Origin: Candidatus Bathyarchaeota archaeon
Lineage (GTDB): Archaea; Thermoproteota; Bathyarchaeia; Bathyarchaeales; Bathycorpusculaceae
DNA length: 64,000 bases
Direction: 5' to 3'
Assembly (NCBI GenBank): GCA_963826715.1
Contig: CAWGYA010000008.1
Coordinates: forward strand, 1,056,001 to 1,120,000
In this document: positions 49,819 through 60,872 of the stretch, in pieces
Layout of the letters: every line of letters starts with the position of its first letter
Numbering within the stretch: position 1 is the stretch's first letter
Notes under the pieces: generated by a model
Told to the model about the DNA's origin: nothing
Database searches by the model: none
What the model saw: the letters and a program-made list of their open reading frames with translations, nothing else
Translations under genes and position numbers: made by a program

Positions 49819-51345
49819 GTGTCTCAAGCAACCTTCGAAGAAATGAGCGCGTCAGACTTTTTCTACCGTAACCGAGACATTGCCGGCTTAACAAATCCAT
49901 CACGTAGCATATTCGTCGCCATACGTGAATTAGTTGAGAACTCCCTTGACGCGGCAGAAAGCCAAATGATTCCACCTGATATTTACGTGCGCTTATCCTT
50001 TGAAAGTGAAGCAACCAAGGATACTCAAATATACAAGCTCCGTGTCGAAGACAACGGCTCGGGAATTCCACCTCGGTTTATACCCTCGGCATTTGGCCAA
50101 ATTCTCTACGGCAGCAAATACAAACTCAAGCAAGCAAGAGGAACCTTTGGACTTGGTGGAAAAATGGCTGTCCTGTACGGACAAATCACCACGCACCAAC
50201 CTGTTTCGGTAACATCAAGCACTGGACAAGAAAAAATCTACAGCTTCAAGTTAATGATTGATATCCAGCGCAATAAACCCATAATTATAGACCGCAAAGT
50301 CCTAATAAACAAAGCCAATTGGAAAGGAACAATTATCGAGTTCACCATCGAAGGTGACTATCTTCGGGCGATGCCGAAAATCATCGAGTACTTCAAGCAA
50401 ACAGCGATGGTTAATCCTTATGCTAACATCACCTTCGTGGATCCCAAGGGTAGACTCTACAAGTTCACTCGAGCAACAACTGCTATGCCCGAGCCACCCA
50501 AAGAAACCATGCCTCACCCATATGGCGTAGACGTGGAGTTATTACAGCGGCTTATTCAAATCACTGAATGTAACACCATGCACAGTTTTCTCCGGGTGCA
50601 CTTTCATAGAGTAGGCGAAATTACTGCCCAAAAATTTCTTGAATTCGCTGGTATACCCTCAAACAAAAGCCCCAAGAAGTTAAGTCACGAAGAAATCGTG
50701 CGGCTAATGCAGAATCTTAAAAAATTCAAGGATTTTTTACCACCTGATGCAAGCTGTCTCTCACCTCTGGGAGAAGAACTCCTCAAAGCAGGAGTCATGA
50801 AAGAACTAAACCCCGAATACCTTGTGGTGCACCAACGCAAACCCAGTACATATGCGGGTCACCCCTTCATTGTAGAGATGGCCATGGCTTACGGCGGTAA
50901 CGTACCCAAACGCGGCAACTTTGTGATTTACCGATTCGCAAACAAAATCCCGCTTCTTTATGATGAAGCCTCAGATGTTTCTTATCGAGTGATTTCAGCA
51001 ATGAATTGGCGACGCTACAAAGTCTCACCCGACATGCCTATCGCCATAGTCGTGCATATCTGTAGCACCAAAGTTCCATATAAAACAGTGGGAAAAGAAT
51101 TCCTTTCCGATCGTCCCGAAGTGCGCCGAGAAGTAGCCAATGCTTTGCGTGAGGTGGCACGACAAATCCAGCATTTCTTAGCACGGCAAGAACACGTGCA
51201 TATGGAGAAGAAACGACTAAGCATCTTCAGTAAGTATCTGCCTAAAATAGCCGAGTTTGCAACCATCCTGGCAGTGAAAGAAAAGAAACCTGACATAGAA
51301 AAATTACTCAAGAGTGTACAGAAATATGGCACAGAAGAAAACTAA
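49819..51345 (+). CDS. top6B: DNA topoisomerase VI subunit B
   Basis: ELVENSLDA, EDNGSG, RGTFGLG GHKL motifs; RFANKIPLL. Confidence 0.96.
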   Translation: MSQATFEEMSASDFFYRNRDIAGLTNPSRSIFVAIRELVENSLDAAESQMIPPDIYVRLSFESEATKDTQIYKLRVEDNGSGIPPRFIPSAFGQILYGSKYKLKQARGTFGLGGKMAVLYGQITTHQPVSVTSSTGQEKIYSFKLMIDIQRNKPIIIDRKVLINKANWKGTIIEFTIEGDYLRAMPKIIEYFKQTAMVNPYANITFVDPKGRLYKFTRATTAMPEPPKETMPHPYGVDVELLQRLIQITECNTMHSFLRVHFHRVGEITAQKFLEFAGIPSNKSPKKLSHEEIVRLMQNLKKFKDFLPPDASCLSPLGEELLKAGVMKELNPEYLVVHQRKPSTYAGHPFIVEMAMAYGGNVPKRGNFVIYRFANKIPLLYDEASDVSYRVISAMNWRRYKVSPDMPIAIVVHICSTKVPYKTVGKEFLSDRPEVRREVANALREVARQIQHFLARQEHVHMEKKRLSIFSKYLPKIAEFATILAVKEKKPDIEKLLKSVQKYGTEEN

Positions 51346-52447
51346 GATTGCCGAAAAGAAACAAGAAGTCTTGTCTGGGCTCAAGACGCTTGGAACACAA
51401 ATCTACAATCAACTCGACGAAGGAGTATACCCAACTATCAACATGCCAAGCCGCAGCACAGAAAATATTACATACGATCCTGATTTACGTCAATATATCC
51501 TCGGCGAGAAAGTTGTTGGCAGAAGTGCTCGGAATATCCGACATATCAAACCCTTCACCCAACTAACTTGGGTTGCAATGTTTAGCAACGAACTTACTAG
51601 TCAACGCAAAACCTCAACTCTCAGAGATGTCTATTACTCCGCGCAAGCTTATGAGATGACCTTCTCTGATCAGCAGGAATCAAATAATATCATAACCGAC
51701 TTAGAAACTCTTACAGGTTTTGCGCGTGAAGATTTTAACATTTTTCCAGAGGAACGTAGTGCCATATTCGGTGATCTCGAAATCGGTTACACAGTTCCTG
51801 GATATGAAGGTAAAACAGTGAATTTAACAAGTCATCCCGATGGTGTGCTTATAGGGCCTGCGGTGACTTCTTCAGAGTTCATAAAAACCAGCGCCGACAA
51901 AGTCATAGCTATCGAGAAAGGCGCCCTTTTTACAAGATTCATTGAAGAAAGTGTTCACAGCAAACATAAATCGTTATTGATCTCCTGTGGAGGTCAAGCG
52001 CCAAGACAAACCCGGAGTTTCATTCGTAGACTTCATGACGAACTCAATCTACCCGTTTACATTCTTACCGACGGGGATCCATGGGGGATGCATATTGCTC
52101 AAGTCATTATCTCCGGTTCAGCTAACGCCGCTCATTTGAGGCAATTAAACACACCTGATGCAGTTTGGAGCGGTGTTTGGGCAAGCGACATTATCGAATA
52201 CAAATTGCCAACTGACCCTCTAGATGAAGTTGACATCAAACGTCTCTATGAATTGCAGAAAGACCCAAGATACCAAAACGACCCCGTTTGGCAACGCGAA
52301 ATTAAGACTTTCCTCAAGATTAGACGGAAAACGGAACTTGAAGCCTTCAGCAGATATGGTCTAACCTATATCGTTGACGAATATTTGCCTACAAAGCTGG
52401 ATCAGAAGCCCAAAGAGAACCCACACAAAACGGGCAAGAAAAACTAA
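51326..52447 (+). CDS. top6A: DNA topoisomerase VI subunit A
   Basis: STLRDVYY, AIEK, TDGDPWG TOPRIM motif. Confidence 0.96.
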   Translation: MAQKKTKIAEKKQEVLSGLKTLGTQIYNQLDEGVYPTINMPSRSTENITYDPDLRQYILGEKVVGRSARNIRHIKPFTQLTWVAMFSNELTSQRKTSTLRDVYYSAQAYEMTFSDQQESNNIITDLETLTGFAREDFNIFPEERSAIFGDLEIGYTVPGYEGKTVNLTSHPDGVLIGPAVTSSEFIKTSADKVIAIEKGALFTRFIEESVHSKHKSLLISCGGQAPRQTRSFIRRLHDELNLPVYILTDGDPWGMHIAQVIISGSANAAHLRQLNTPDAVWSGVWASDIIEYKLPTDPLDEVDIKRLYELQKDPRYQNDPVWQREIKTFLKIRRKTELEAFSRYGLTYIVDEYLPTKLDQKPKENPHKTGKKN

Positions 52448-52847
52448 GATGTAAAAAGATTTTGTAAGATAGCATAGTTCGCCCTTTCCTGCCAAAAATA
52501 TTCTTGCTTTTTAAAGTTGAGCTGACTTACTTATTTTTGTTAAAATACCAAAGTTTTTTTTGTCCATTTTTCATTATTACTCACAATTATCCTACAAGTT
52601 TATAGCGAAAAAGAAACTCGCCATTCTTGTGAACTCAACCTAATTATCGTGGGTAGAAAAGAAAACCACCTCTTCCCCGGATTCTTCTTGAAAAGACAAA
52701 ATTAATTGATATTACTTTTTTTAACCCCAAAAATAGATGAGATAGTGGGTTGAAGTAAATTATCGCCAAGAAATTTTTATTTATCGTTATTTTTATGGAT
52801 AAATCTTATAAAGAGAAACAATACATACGTTTTAATCAGGTAAAACT

Positions 52848-53147
52848 ATGCTTAAATCAAAGCATAAACGACGAGACCAAATCACAATTATCGCAACCAT
52901 ACTCTGGATCGCAAAAGAAGGGATACTTAAAACACAAATCATGTATGGTGCAAACCTTAGTTTTACACAACTTAACTATTACATCCCTTTATTGCTAAAC
53001 CACAGCTTACTCACGCAAGCAGATGTTGAAGGTAAAGAAGGCTACATCACAACCGTTAAAGGCATAGGTTTTGTTCAGAGACACCAAGCTCTCTTGCAGA
53101 TGATATCTCCTAATTTGGGTATTCGAAAAACTAAAACGCTACCTTGA
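52848..53147 (+). CDS. Winged-helix DNA-binding protein
   Basis: RRDQITIIATIL..KTQIMYGANLSF..YITTVKG. Confidence 0.85.
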   Translation: MLKSKHKRRDQITIIATILWIAKEGILKTQIMYGANLSFTQLNYYIPLLLNHSLLTQADVEGKEGYITTVKGIGFVQRHQALLQMISPNLGIRKTKTLP

Positions 53148-53149
53148 AT

Positions 53150-53550
53150 TAGCACTTTCAAGTCGAACTGCAACCCAGAAAAGCTTTTGATCGTGTAGTC
53201 AGGAAGTAACTTCTCTAACGAGTTCTCGTTGCGTCGCCATTGAATCACACGTAGTACCCAAAGCTTTTGGCTTTCAATGTCAGCTTTTATGGTGTCACCG
53301 ACAAAAAGGGTTCTGCCGCTGAAACTTTTAGAATTACGAATGGGCGTTGGAGATTCTGGACTGGGGGCGCGTCCCTTTTCAGACATAAAAACGCATTCAG
53401 TTATGGCGAAATTAGAGATGCCGCTCGGTTTGTTTTTGTATGCGCCTTCAAGGGGTTATCACCTTTTCTATTAAAGGAGATGATAAAATTCTTGATCTTC
53501 TCAAAAGCATTATTTATCGAATATTTCAATCAAAACGGCTTTAATAATAA
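53150..53550 (-). pseudogene. Degraded HAD-superfamily hydrolase
   Basis: Fragments in changing frames: IKAVLI, GISNFAITECV, PSP, LFVGDTIKADIE, PDYTIKSF. Confidence 0.65.
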
Positions 53551-53605
53551 GTAAATAGCAAAAGTAAACTTGACTCAGGCGATAAATACTACTTTTCTTA
53601 GAAAT

Positions 53606-56500
53606 TTATTTATCCCAGTATTCTCTGGTGCGTAGAAACTGAATCTTCGCGTTGAGCAAATCCATGTAGAACTTGTCTTCTTCGGGGTGCATCTTGCCTA
53701 AGATGCGCGATGCCGTCTCTGCCCCGACGCCCTTCACTTGCAACGCACGCACCGCCTGCTTGCCGTAGCTCAGGGTGAGGTCGGCTTTGCGGCGGGCTAC
53801 ACTGAGCTCCTTGAGTTCTTCAGGCAAAAGTTCTTTGCCCCCACGTCTCCGAGCCAGGGCATCCCGCAGCTGATTTGTGTCCTGTGAGCGGTACAGAGGC
53901 GCTAGTAGCCCCGACCCGCAGTTGCCGCATACGGGTTCCTCGGGGAGGGCTTTGATTTTTTGGCGGATTATCCATTCGCCGCATTTCATGCATATTAACG
54001 TAACTTCCCGAGCGTCTATAGCCATTTTAAGTTGGTCAATGTTGCCGACAAGGACCAGTTCAGGCGCCATAAGCTCGGTTACGTCGCCGAATTTGGCTAA
54101 GATGTGGTAGGCGAGCGGTGTGGGTTTCTCGTAGCTAACGTATGTTGTGACTTTGATTTTGCCTGTCTTTACATCGCCCATTATATGCTTCGCCTTTTCC
54201 AAATCGACTTTCTCCATCATGGCTTCGCGGATTGTTTCTTGATATATGGGGGTGTTGTTGAAGCGCGATTTAAGTTCCGCTTGCCGCTGGTAACTCATGG
54301 TTTTGCCCCTTGGCAACACGCCGAAGCGCTCCGCCACAAACTTCATTTTGTAGCCGAAGGGAAACTTGGCATCTAAATACCGCCCAAACGCATCATCCAC
54401 GGCTTCGTCGCTTAAGCCAAAGAGGGTCTGGGGCAACTCGGCGAGTTCCAGCTTGTTGAGTTTGCGGGGTGCCTCGATGAGGATGCGGTAGCCGTCGGTC
54501 CACCAGCCGTTGATGACTTCGCGTTCCGAGAGGACGCTGTCAAAGATGCCGCCGAGCGTTTTGTTGACGAGTTCACCGAAGCATGCGTGAACGATGATGT
54601 AGCGGTCGTAGGCTTCCAGCACGATATGGTTCTGGGTTGGCAGCGGCGCGCCCTGTTTGATCTGATCCTCCACCTCCGAAATCGCCGCCGACATACTGGC
54701 TTTGTCTGAGCCCAACTCCTTAGCTAAAACCTCCGCGGCAACCGTGGCGTCCCCTGTTTCCTTTAGGGCTTCGGCGATTCGCTGGCGGTTCTGCCCCATC
54801 TGCTGTGCGAGGGCGTAGGGCACAGGCAAAATCTCGCCGTCCCAACCTGGAACCGACGCCATCGGATTCTCGGAGGGCACAACATGCACAGTTCCAGCTT
54901 CCTCCTCAATCTGCACGATGCGCCACACCTTTCCCCGCATGATAAAGTTCAAGCCAACCCGTGCGTGCAGCGCCATGAATTCGTCGCCTAACGTGCCGAT
55001 TTTGCGGTCGGATATCACGTTGATAACTGGATAGCGGCGCTCGTCGGGTATCATGGATAGGTTTTCGTAGTAGTAGGGGCGTGTTTTTCGGGTTTTATTC
55101 AAAGCTGTTTCGTCTTCGCTGAGTCTTATTTGGTTGAGGCTGTCTAAAAAGCGTAGCAGGTCCAAAAGCTGCGTTTTCTGGATTTTGCGATAGAGGTAGC
55201 TGCGGTGGATTAGTCGCGTCAAATCCTTCACCAAAAGCGTTTGCTGACTGTCCATGAGTAAGCCCGCAATCTGATGCGCCAAAACATCCAGCGCCCCCAC
55301 ATGCATGGCGACGGGTTCGATGCATCCCGCCTGGGCATTTTTAATTGCCGCTAAAGCCTCCAAGGTATCGTCGGGGTAAACAGTGATTACTGTGCCTTCA
55401 GATTGCCGTCCCTGTCTGTGTCCGCTTCTGCCCACTCGCTGAATCAGGCTGCTGACCTGCCGCGGCGACATATACTGCAGCACTAAATCTACTTGCCCCA
55501 CATCAATGCCTAACTCAAGGGTGCTGGTGCAGATGATGGCTTTCAGCTGCCCCTCTTTGAAGGCGTCTTCGATGGCGATCCGTTCCTCCTTGGAGATGGA
55601 ACCATGATGCACCGCGATGTCATCTCGTCCAAGCTGCGCCAGCTTATACCCCAATACTTCGGCGACGGTGCGGCTGTTAACAAAAATCAGCGTGGAGCGG
55701 TGGTTATCGACGAGCTCGATTATTCGACGAATTCTTGAAGCGGCGTCAGGCGAAATTTCTAGTTTGCCAGCTAATTCATAATCTGCTTCGAGGACTTGGG
55801 GCTGCTCGACGCTGTAGCGGTAACTCTTCTCTGCGGAGGCATGCAAAATGGTGACTTCTCGGTGGCTTCCAGAGAGATACTTGGCGATTTCTTCGGGGTT
55901 GCCGACGGTGGCGGATAAGCCGATTCTCTGAAAATCTTTCGCGGTAATCAGCCGGAGCCGCTCCAGCCCGAGGGATAGCTGAACGCCTCGTTTGCTGCCA
56001 GCCAAACCATGCACCTCATCAACAACAACGAACTCGACGTTTCGGAGGTGGCGACGCATCTGCGAGCCGGGCAAGATAGCTTGGAGGGTTTCAGGGGTGG
56101 TTACGAGGAGTTGAGGTGGTGTTTTTGCTTGTTTGCGGCGGATTTTCATTTCAGTATCGCCATGACGCACGTCTACAGTTAAGTCGAGTTTTTCGCTCCA
56201 ATACTTAAGGCGTTTTAGCATATCGCGATTTAGTGCACGAAGCGGCGTGATATAGATGACTTCGATACCACCTTGTGGTGGGTTGGGGTTTTCTAATAAT
56301 CTCGAGAAAATTGGAAACATCACCGCCTCAGTTTTGCCTGTACCAGTTGGTGCAATCAGCAATACGTTTTTGCCTCCCAGGATCGGTGCAAAAGCCAATG
56401 TTTGGGGTAGCGTGGGCACTGTGAAACCGAATTCGGCTAGAGCTGATTGGACGGGTTTGGCGAGAAGTAAAAAGGCGGAAGAGGCATTTAGGATCGACAT
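53606..56500 (-). CDS. Lhr-like ATP-dependent DEAD/H helicase
   Basis: APTGTGKT, PLRALNRD, DEVH, LSAT, TLELGID, QRVGRSGH, C-terminal Zn ribbon. Confidence 0.93.
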   Translation of the reverse strand: MSILNASSAFLLLAKPVQSALAEFGFTVPTLPQTLAFAPILGGKNVLLIAPTGTGKTEAVMFPIFSRLLENPNPPQGGIEVIYITPLRALNRDMLKRLKYWSEKLDLTVDVRHGDTEMKIRRKQAKTPPQLLVTTPETLQAILPGSQMRRHLRNVEFVVVDEVHGLAGSKRGVQLSLGLERLRLITAKDFQRIGLSATVGNPEEIAKYLSGSHREVTILHASAEKSYRYSVEQPQVLEADYELAGKLEISPDAASRIRRIIELVDNHRSTLIFVNSRTVAEVLGYKLAQLGRDDIAVHHGSISKEERIAIEDAFKEGQLKAIICTSTLELGIDVGQVDLVLQYMSPRQVSSLIQRVGRSGHRQGRQSEGTVITVYPDDTLEALAAIKNAQAGCIEPVAMHVGALDVLAHQIAGLLMDSQQTLLVKDLTRLIHRSYLYRKIQKTQLLDLLRFLDSLNQIRLSEDETALNKTRKTRPYYYENLSMIPDERRYPVINVISDRKIGTLGDEFMALHARVGLNFIMRGKVWRIVQIEEEAGTVHVVPSENPMASVPGWDGEILPVPYALAQQMGQNRQRIAEALKETGDATVAAEVLAKELGSDKASMSAAISEVEDQIKQGAPLPTQNHIVLEAYDRYIIVHACFGELVNKTLGGIFDSVLSEREVINGWWTDGYRILIEAPRKLNKLELAELPQTLFGLSDEAVDDAFGRYLDAKFPFGYKMKFVAERFGVLPRGKTMSYQRQAELKSRFNNTPIYQETIREAMMEKVDLEKAKHIMGDVKTGKIKVTTYVSYEKPTPLAYHILAKFGDVTELMAPELVLVGNIDQLKMAIDAREVTLICMKCGEWIIRQKIKALPEEPVCGNCGSGLLAPLYRSQDTNQLRDALARRRGGKELLPEELKELSVARRKADLTLSYGKQAVRALQVKGVGAETASRILGKMHPEEDKFYMDLLNAKIQFLRTREYWDK

Positions 56501-56811
56501 TTCTACTTAACTATGTTTAGAAAGCGTGTTTTAACTCTTTGGCAGAAAATAGTCTAAATGCACTAACGAAGGAAAAGACAATTTGTTAGCTCAATAGAAT
56601 AAACTTTCCAGGAGAATTCTGTCAATATAGACCTTGTAGGAAAGTCGTTAAACTAGAACCTCAAAAATACTTGGAAATAGCAGAAAATCCTGATTCATTT
56701 TTCAATAGGAAAACTGTTCAAAAGGTGCCCTTACATCTCTTTTTTCTGGATAAAGTTTTTATGCGCGTTTGAAACTCTACACTTCCCCGTACAGTTAAAG
56801 GATGATTCAAG

Positions 56812-57588
56812 ATGGCCCTACAAAAAGGAGATTTCATACTAATCGATTATTTAGCGAAAGTTAAAGAAACAAACGAAGTTTTCGACACAACAAAAGATGA
56901 AGTCGCCAAAAAAGAACACCTTCACAAAGAAGGAGAAATCTATGAGCCAAAACTCGTCGTAGTAGGCGAAGGCTGGGTTTTGAAAGCACTTGATGAATCA
57001 ATACTTACTGCGGAAGTTGGTAAAGCTGAAAACGTTGAAATCCCCGCAGACAAAGCATTCGGTCCACGCGACCCAGAAAAAATCCGCCGTGTATCGATAA
57101 AACAGCTTCTTTCCAAACAAATTAATCCAGTCGTCGGTGCACGCATCGAATTCCAAGGAAAGATGGCAACAATCCGCTCTATCGGTGCGGGCAGAGTTCT
57201 CTTGGACTTTAACCCTGCATTGGCGGGAAGAACTCTCATATATGACGTAACTGTCACCAAAAAAATTGAAGCGCAAACCGAAAAAATTGGCGCTTTAATT
57301 CACCGCAGAGTTCCAGTTGTTGAAGAAGATAAATTCAAGATTAGCTTGAACGCTAAAAACTTAACAATTGACATGCCTGAAGAAACTTTCTATGTGGAAG
57401 GCATCCAAATAGCTAAACGCGGCATAGCCATGGATATCCAAAAATTCCTCCCTGACCTCGTTGAGACCAAGTTCGTAGAAACCTTCAAAGCTGAACCTAA
57501 ACCAGAAATTGCAACAGCGCCAGTTGAGGAAAAAAAGGAAGAACAGAAACCAGCTGAAGTTGAACCTGCTGAAGAAGTAAAAGAGTAA
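56812..57588 (+). CDS. Long-type FKBP peptidyl-prolyl isomerase
   Basis: KGDFILIDY, VFDTT, AFGPRDP, LDFNPALAG. Confidence 0.92.
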   Translation: MALQKGDFILIDYLAKVKETNEVFDTTKDEVAKKEHLHKEGEIYEPKLVVVGEGWVLKALDESILTAEVGKAENVEIPADKAFGPRDPEKIRRVSIKQLLSKQINPVVGARIEFQGKMATIRSIGAGRVLLDFNPALAGRTLIYDVTVTKKIEAQTEKIGALIHRRVPVVEEDKFKISLNAKNLTIDMPEETFYVEGIQIAKRGIAMDIQKFLPDLVETKFVETFKAEPKPEIATAPVEEKKEEQKPAEVEPAEEVKE

Positions 57589-57711
57589 TAGCGTTATTCA
57601 TTTTCTTATAATTTTCTTTTTCAAAAAAGTTAAATCTTCAATATTCATATTATTTTAGTATCTCTTAGGTTAATCGCAAGGTTAAGGTAAATCTAGAGGT
57701 GAAACCGAAAG

Positions 57712-58095
57712 TTGGACCACACAATTATCCATTTTGAAATTCCAGCAAACGACGTAGAGAAACTCAAAAGCTTCTACGAGCAGCTTTTCGGTTGGAAGAT
57801 CCTTCAGGCAGATGGACCCATAGAATACTGGATCATCCAAACCGTGCCAACAGACGAAAAAGGTATGCTTCAGAGTCCAGGAGTAAACGGCGGAATGTAC
57901 AAGAGGATAGTCCCTGAAAGTAAATCTATAAACTATATTTCAGTTGAGTCTATAGGTGACTTTCTCGAGAAAATAGTTAAACTAGGTGGCAAAATTATAC
58001 AGGCAAAACAAGAGGTTCCGGAAGTTGGCTGGATTGCTGCAGCGGAAGATCCCGAAGGCAACCAATTCGCACTGCTTCAACCTATGCGCACTTAA
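57712..58095 (+). CDS. VOC/glyoxalase family protein
   Basis: IIHFEIPA, FYEQLFGW, DPEGNQFAL. Confidence 0.9.
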   Translation: MDHTIIHFEIPANDVEKLKSFYEQLFGWKILQADGPIEYWIIQTVPTDEKGMLQSPGVNGGMYKRIVPESKSINYISVESIGDFLEKIVKLGGKIIQAKQEVPEVGWIAAAEDPEGNQFALLQPMRT

Positions 58096-59150
58096 CTAAT
58101 TATTCCGGTTGCTCTTGCAACAGTTTCACACGCATCAAAATTCAAGTTCAGCTTATGCAGAATCGTATATCTCTCCGGTCTGATTGCTGTAGCCATTTGC
58201 AATGCCTTAACAACATCTTCGTCTTTTACACCTAACTCTTGGGCGGTGGTTGGTGCGCCTATCTGCTTAAGAGTGCTTTTGATTTTCTGCCAGTTTGAAC
58301 CATGCAGAAAAGAAGTCAAAATTGAGCCTACGCCACACTGCTCACCATGCAGGGCATGGCGAGAATTCACCAAATCCAATGCGTGGCTAAACAGGTGCTC
58401 AGAACCACTGCAGGGACGACTGCTGCCTGCAATGCTCATGGCGACACCGCAGCTAATCAACGCCTCTAAAAGCACACGTAACCCCTCATCTTGTTTTTTC
58501 ACAATTAAATTTGCGCTCTCAGTTACAAGCTTTGCACTCATCAATGCAAGACTCGCTGCATAGCCCCCATAATATTCTCCTTTTTCTGAGCGCGCAAGCT
58601 TCCAATCCTTAACAGCTGTGAATTTGCTGATTACATCGCTACACCCACTGACAACAAAGCGCCAAGGTGACTGCGCGATAATTTGTGTATCTGCAATTAT
58701 CGCCATAGGCGCCTGTGCCATAATCGAATAGGGTTTATCAGAGCCCTTGATTGAAGCGAGAGGGCTAGCTATGCCGTCATGGCTCACGGTGGTTGGGATA
58801 CTAATGAAGGGAATATTGACGCTAGCGGAGCTGAGTTTGGCGGCATCAATTATTGTTCCGCCACCGACGCCGAAGAGCACCCTTGGTTTTTGCTCTTTAA
58901 GTTGGCGTTCAACGATTATCAAGTCATCAACTGTCATAGATTTAACTAAAATAAAATCTGCAGTTAATCCCGACTCCTCAAGAAAGTCTGAAACGGTTTT
59001 TCCCGCAATTTTGTAGCACTGATCATCTGAAAGCACTAATGCTTTGCCCTTTAGTCCAAGACGTCCAACGACTTCGGGGATGCGCTGTAGGGTATCTTTT
59101 CCAACTATGACTTCCCTAGGTAACTGCATATAATGGTAATTTACTGTCAA
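58092..59150 (-). CDS. egsA: Glycerol-1-phosphate dehydrogenase
   Basis: GVGGGTIIDAAK, SHDGIASP, SSRPCSGSEHLFSH, HGEQ. Confidence 0.95.
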   Translation of the reverse strand: MTVNYHYMQLPREVIVGKDTLQRIPEVVGRLGLKGKALVLSDDQCYKIAGKTVSDFLEESGLTADFILVKSMTVDDLIIVERQLKEQKPRVLFGVGGGTIIDAAKLSSASVNIPFISIPTTVSHDGIASPLASIKGSDKPYSIMAQAPMAIIADTQIIAQSPWRFVVSGCSDVISKFTAVKDWKLARSEKGEYYGGYAASLALMSAKLVTESANLIVKKQDEGLRVLLEALISCGVAMSIAGSSRPCSGSEHLFSHALDLVNSRHALHGEQCGVGSILTSFLHGSNWQKIKSTLKQIGAPTTAQELGVKDEDVVKALQMATAIRPERYTILHKLNLNFDACETVARATGIIS

Positions 59151-59506
59151 ATCGTACCACTGTTGTGTTAGAACACCTATTTGGTAAGCTACGTTTTAAA
59201 ATGTTTGGGCATTTGTATTTCAATAAACTCGTGTGGAAAAGATATAATGATAAAAAGTAGTATCAAAGCAGCACAAATGAATCCTCAGACCCAAAGCTGA
59301 ATTAGAAATTGACCTTTTCAAATAGAGACGAGAGCCTAAAGGTTCTTCCCTAATAAGGGCTTGCTAAAATTCTTTAGACATATTGGGTTTGCGATTTTTA
59401 TCATTAATCAAAGAAATTTAGATTATAATCCTCAATTTTTGGTCTCTGAGTAATGTTATGCTTATATTGACCGATTGCAGTACTCCTTTTTAAGGAGACA
59501 GAAAAT

Positions 59507-59782
59507 ATGCCCGCTATTGAAGTCGGCAGAATATGCATCAAACAAGCAGGACGAGAATGTTGCGGTAAATGCGTTATCGTAGACGTAACCGATAAAAGCT
59601 TCGTGCTAGTGACTGGTCCCGAAAAGATCACCGGCGTCAAACGCAGGCGCGTCAATATCAACCACTTAATGCCTCTAAATGACAAAATCGAAGTGAAAAG
59701 AGGAGCGTCCGACGACGAAGTTGCCCAAGCTCTTGAAGCTGAAGGCAAACTCGAAGAGATGACTACTGACAGCTGTTGCTAA
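59507..59782 (+). CDS. rpl14e: 50S ribosomal protein L14e
   Basis: IEVGRICIK.AGRE, TGVKRRRVNINHL. Confidence 0.94.
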   Translation: MPAIEVGRICIKQAGRECCGKCVIVDVTDKSFVLVTGPEKITGVKRRRVNINHLMPLNDKIEVKRGASDDEVAQALEAEGKLEEMTTDSCC

Positions 59783-59843
59783 ATTTTTAACCTTTAATAC
59801 CATGTATTTCTTTTTCTTCATCTGTTAGGAGATAACATAAAGT

Positions 59844-60872
59844 ATGCCCCGAACTATTCCGCCATGGGAAACCAAACGAGAACTACAAACCAAAGCCGAA
59901 GATTCCACTGACCCAAAATACGGTTGCGCCCCCTCAGAACGATCTCCCAACCAATACATTAGATTCGGTACAATAAATCTTGACAAACCAGCAGGGCCGA
60001 CAAGCCACGAGGTAGCAGCGTGGACCAAGAAAATCCTCAAAATTGATGCTATTGGACACGGCGGCACACTTGACCCAAAAGTCACTGGAGTTTTACCCAT
60101 AACGTTAGAAGAAGCTACCAAAATGGTTCAGGCGCTGCTTTATAGCGGTAAAGAATACATATGTGTCCTAAAACTTCATGGCGACGTAGACGAGCCAAGT
60201 ATAAAACACGTGCTAAATCTATTTGAGGACGAAATTTATCAGCGACCACCGCTGAGGTCATCAGTGAAACGTCAACTTCGTACTCGACGCATTTACTACA
60301 TAGACTATATTGAACGTGATGGACGTAATGTTCTTTTCAAAGTTGGCTGCGAGGGCGGTACCTATATTCGCAAACTCTGTTTTGATATTGGAGAAATCCT
60401 TGGTGTTGGTGGTCATATGCAAGAGCTTCGCCGTACCCGCGCGGGACCTTTTCTTGAAACCAGCGTTAAATGCGTAACGCTCCACGACGTGGCTTACTGG
60501 TTTGGCGAGTTTGAACGCACTAAAGACCAAGGTTACCTCTGCAAATTCATCGAGCCAATGGAAACTGCCCTTATGGGGCTACCAAAAATTGTTGTACGTG
60601 ATTCAGCTGTGGACGCTCTCTGCCACGGCGCAAACTTAACAGTGCCTGGAGTTTTGCAAGTGGATAGCGGTATCGTAAAAAGCAATATCGTAGCCATTTT
60701 CACCTTGAAAGGCGAAGCGGTGGCGCTTGGTCGTGCCCAGCTTTCTACACAAGAGATACTAGATTTGCGGCACGGCACTGTGGCCACTTTGGCAAGAGTT
60801 CTAATGCCCCGTAATATTTACCCAAAAGCATGGAAAAGCGGTAGCGGCGGCGCCGATGAAAGAGAAAAATAA
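59844..60872 (+). CDS. cbf5: H/ACA RNA-guided pseudouridine synthase Cbf5
   Basis: DKPAGPTSHEV, GHGGTLDP, GTYIRKL, PUA domain. Confidence 0.95.
   Translation: MPRTIPPWETKRELQTKAEDSTDPKYGCAPSERSPNQYIRFGTINLDKPAGPTSHEVAAWTKKILKIDAIGHGGTLDPKVTGVLPITLEEATKMVQALLYSGKEYICVLKLHGDVDEPSIKHVLNLFEDEIYQRPPLRSSVKRQLRTRRIYYIDYIERDGRNVLFKVGCEGGTYIRKLCFDIGEILGVGGHMQELRRTRAGPFLETSVKCVTLHDVAYWFGEFERTKDQGYLCKFIEPMETALMGLPKIVVRDSAVDALCHGANLTVPGVLQVDSGIVKSNIVAIFTLKGEAVALGRAQLSTQEILDLRHGTVATLARVLMPRNIYPKAWKSGSGGADEREK

Noticed and set aside
59750-59782. Odd TTDSCC C-terminus of L14e as a frameshift or recoding signal
   Set aside because: Protein is normal length and the tail is variable; no better alternative frame seen.
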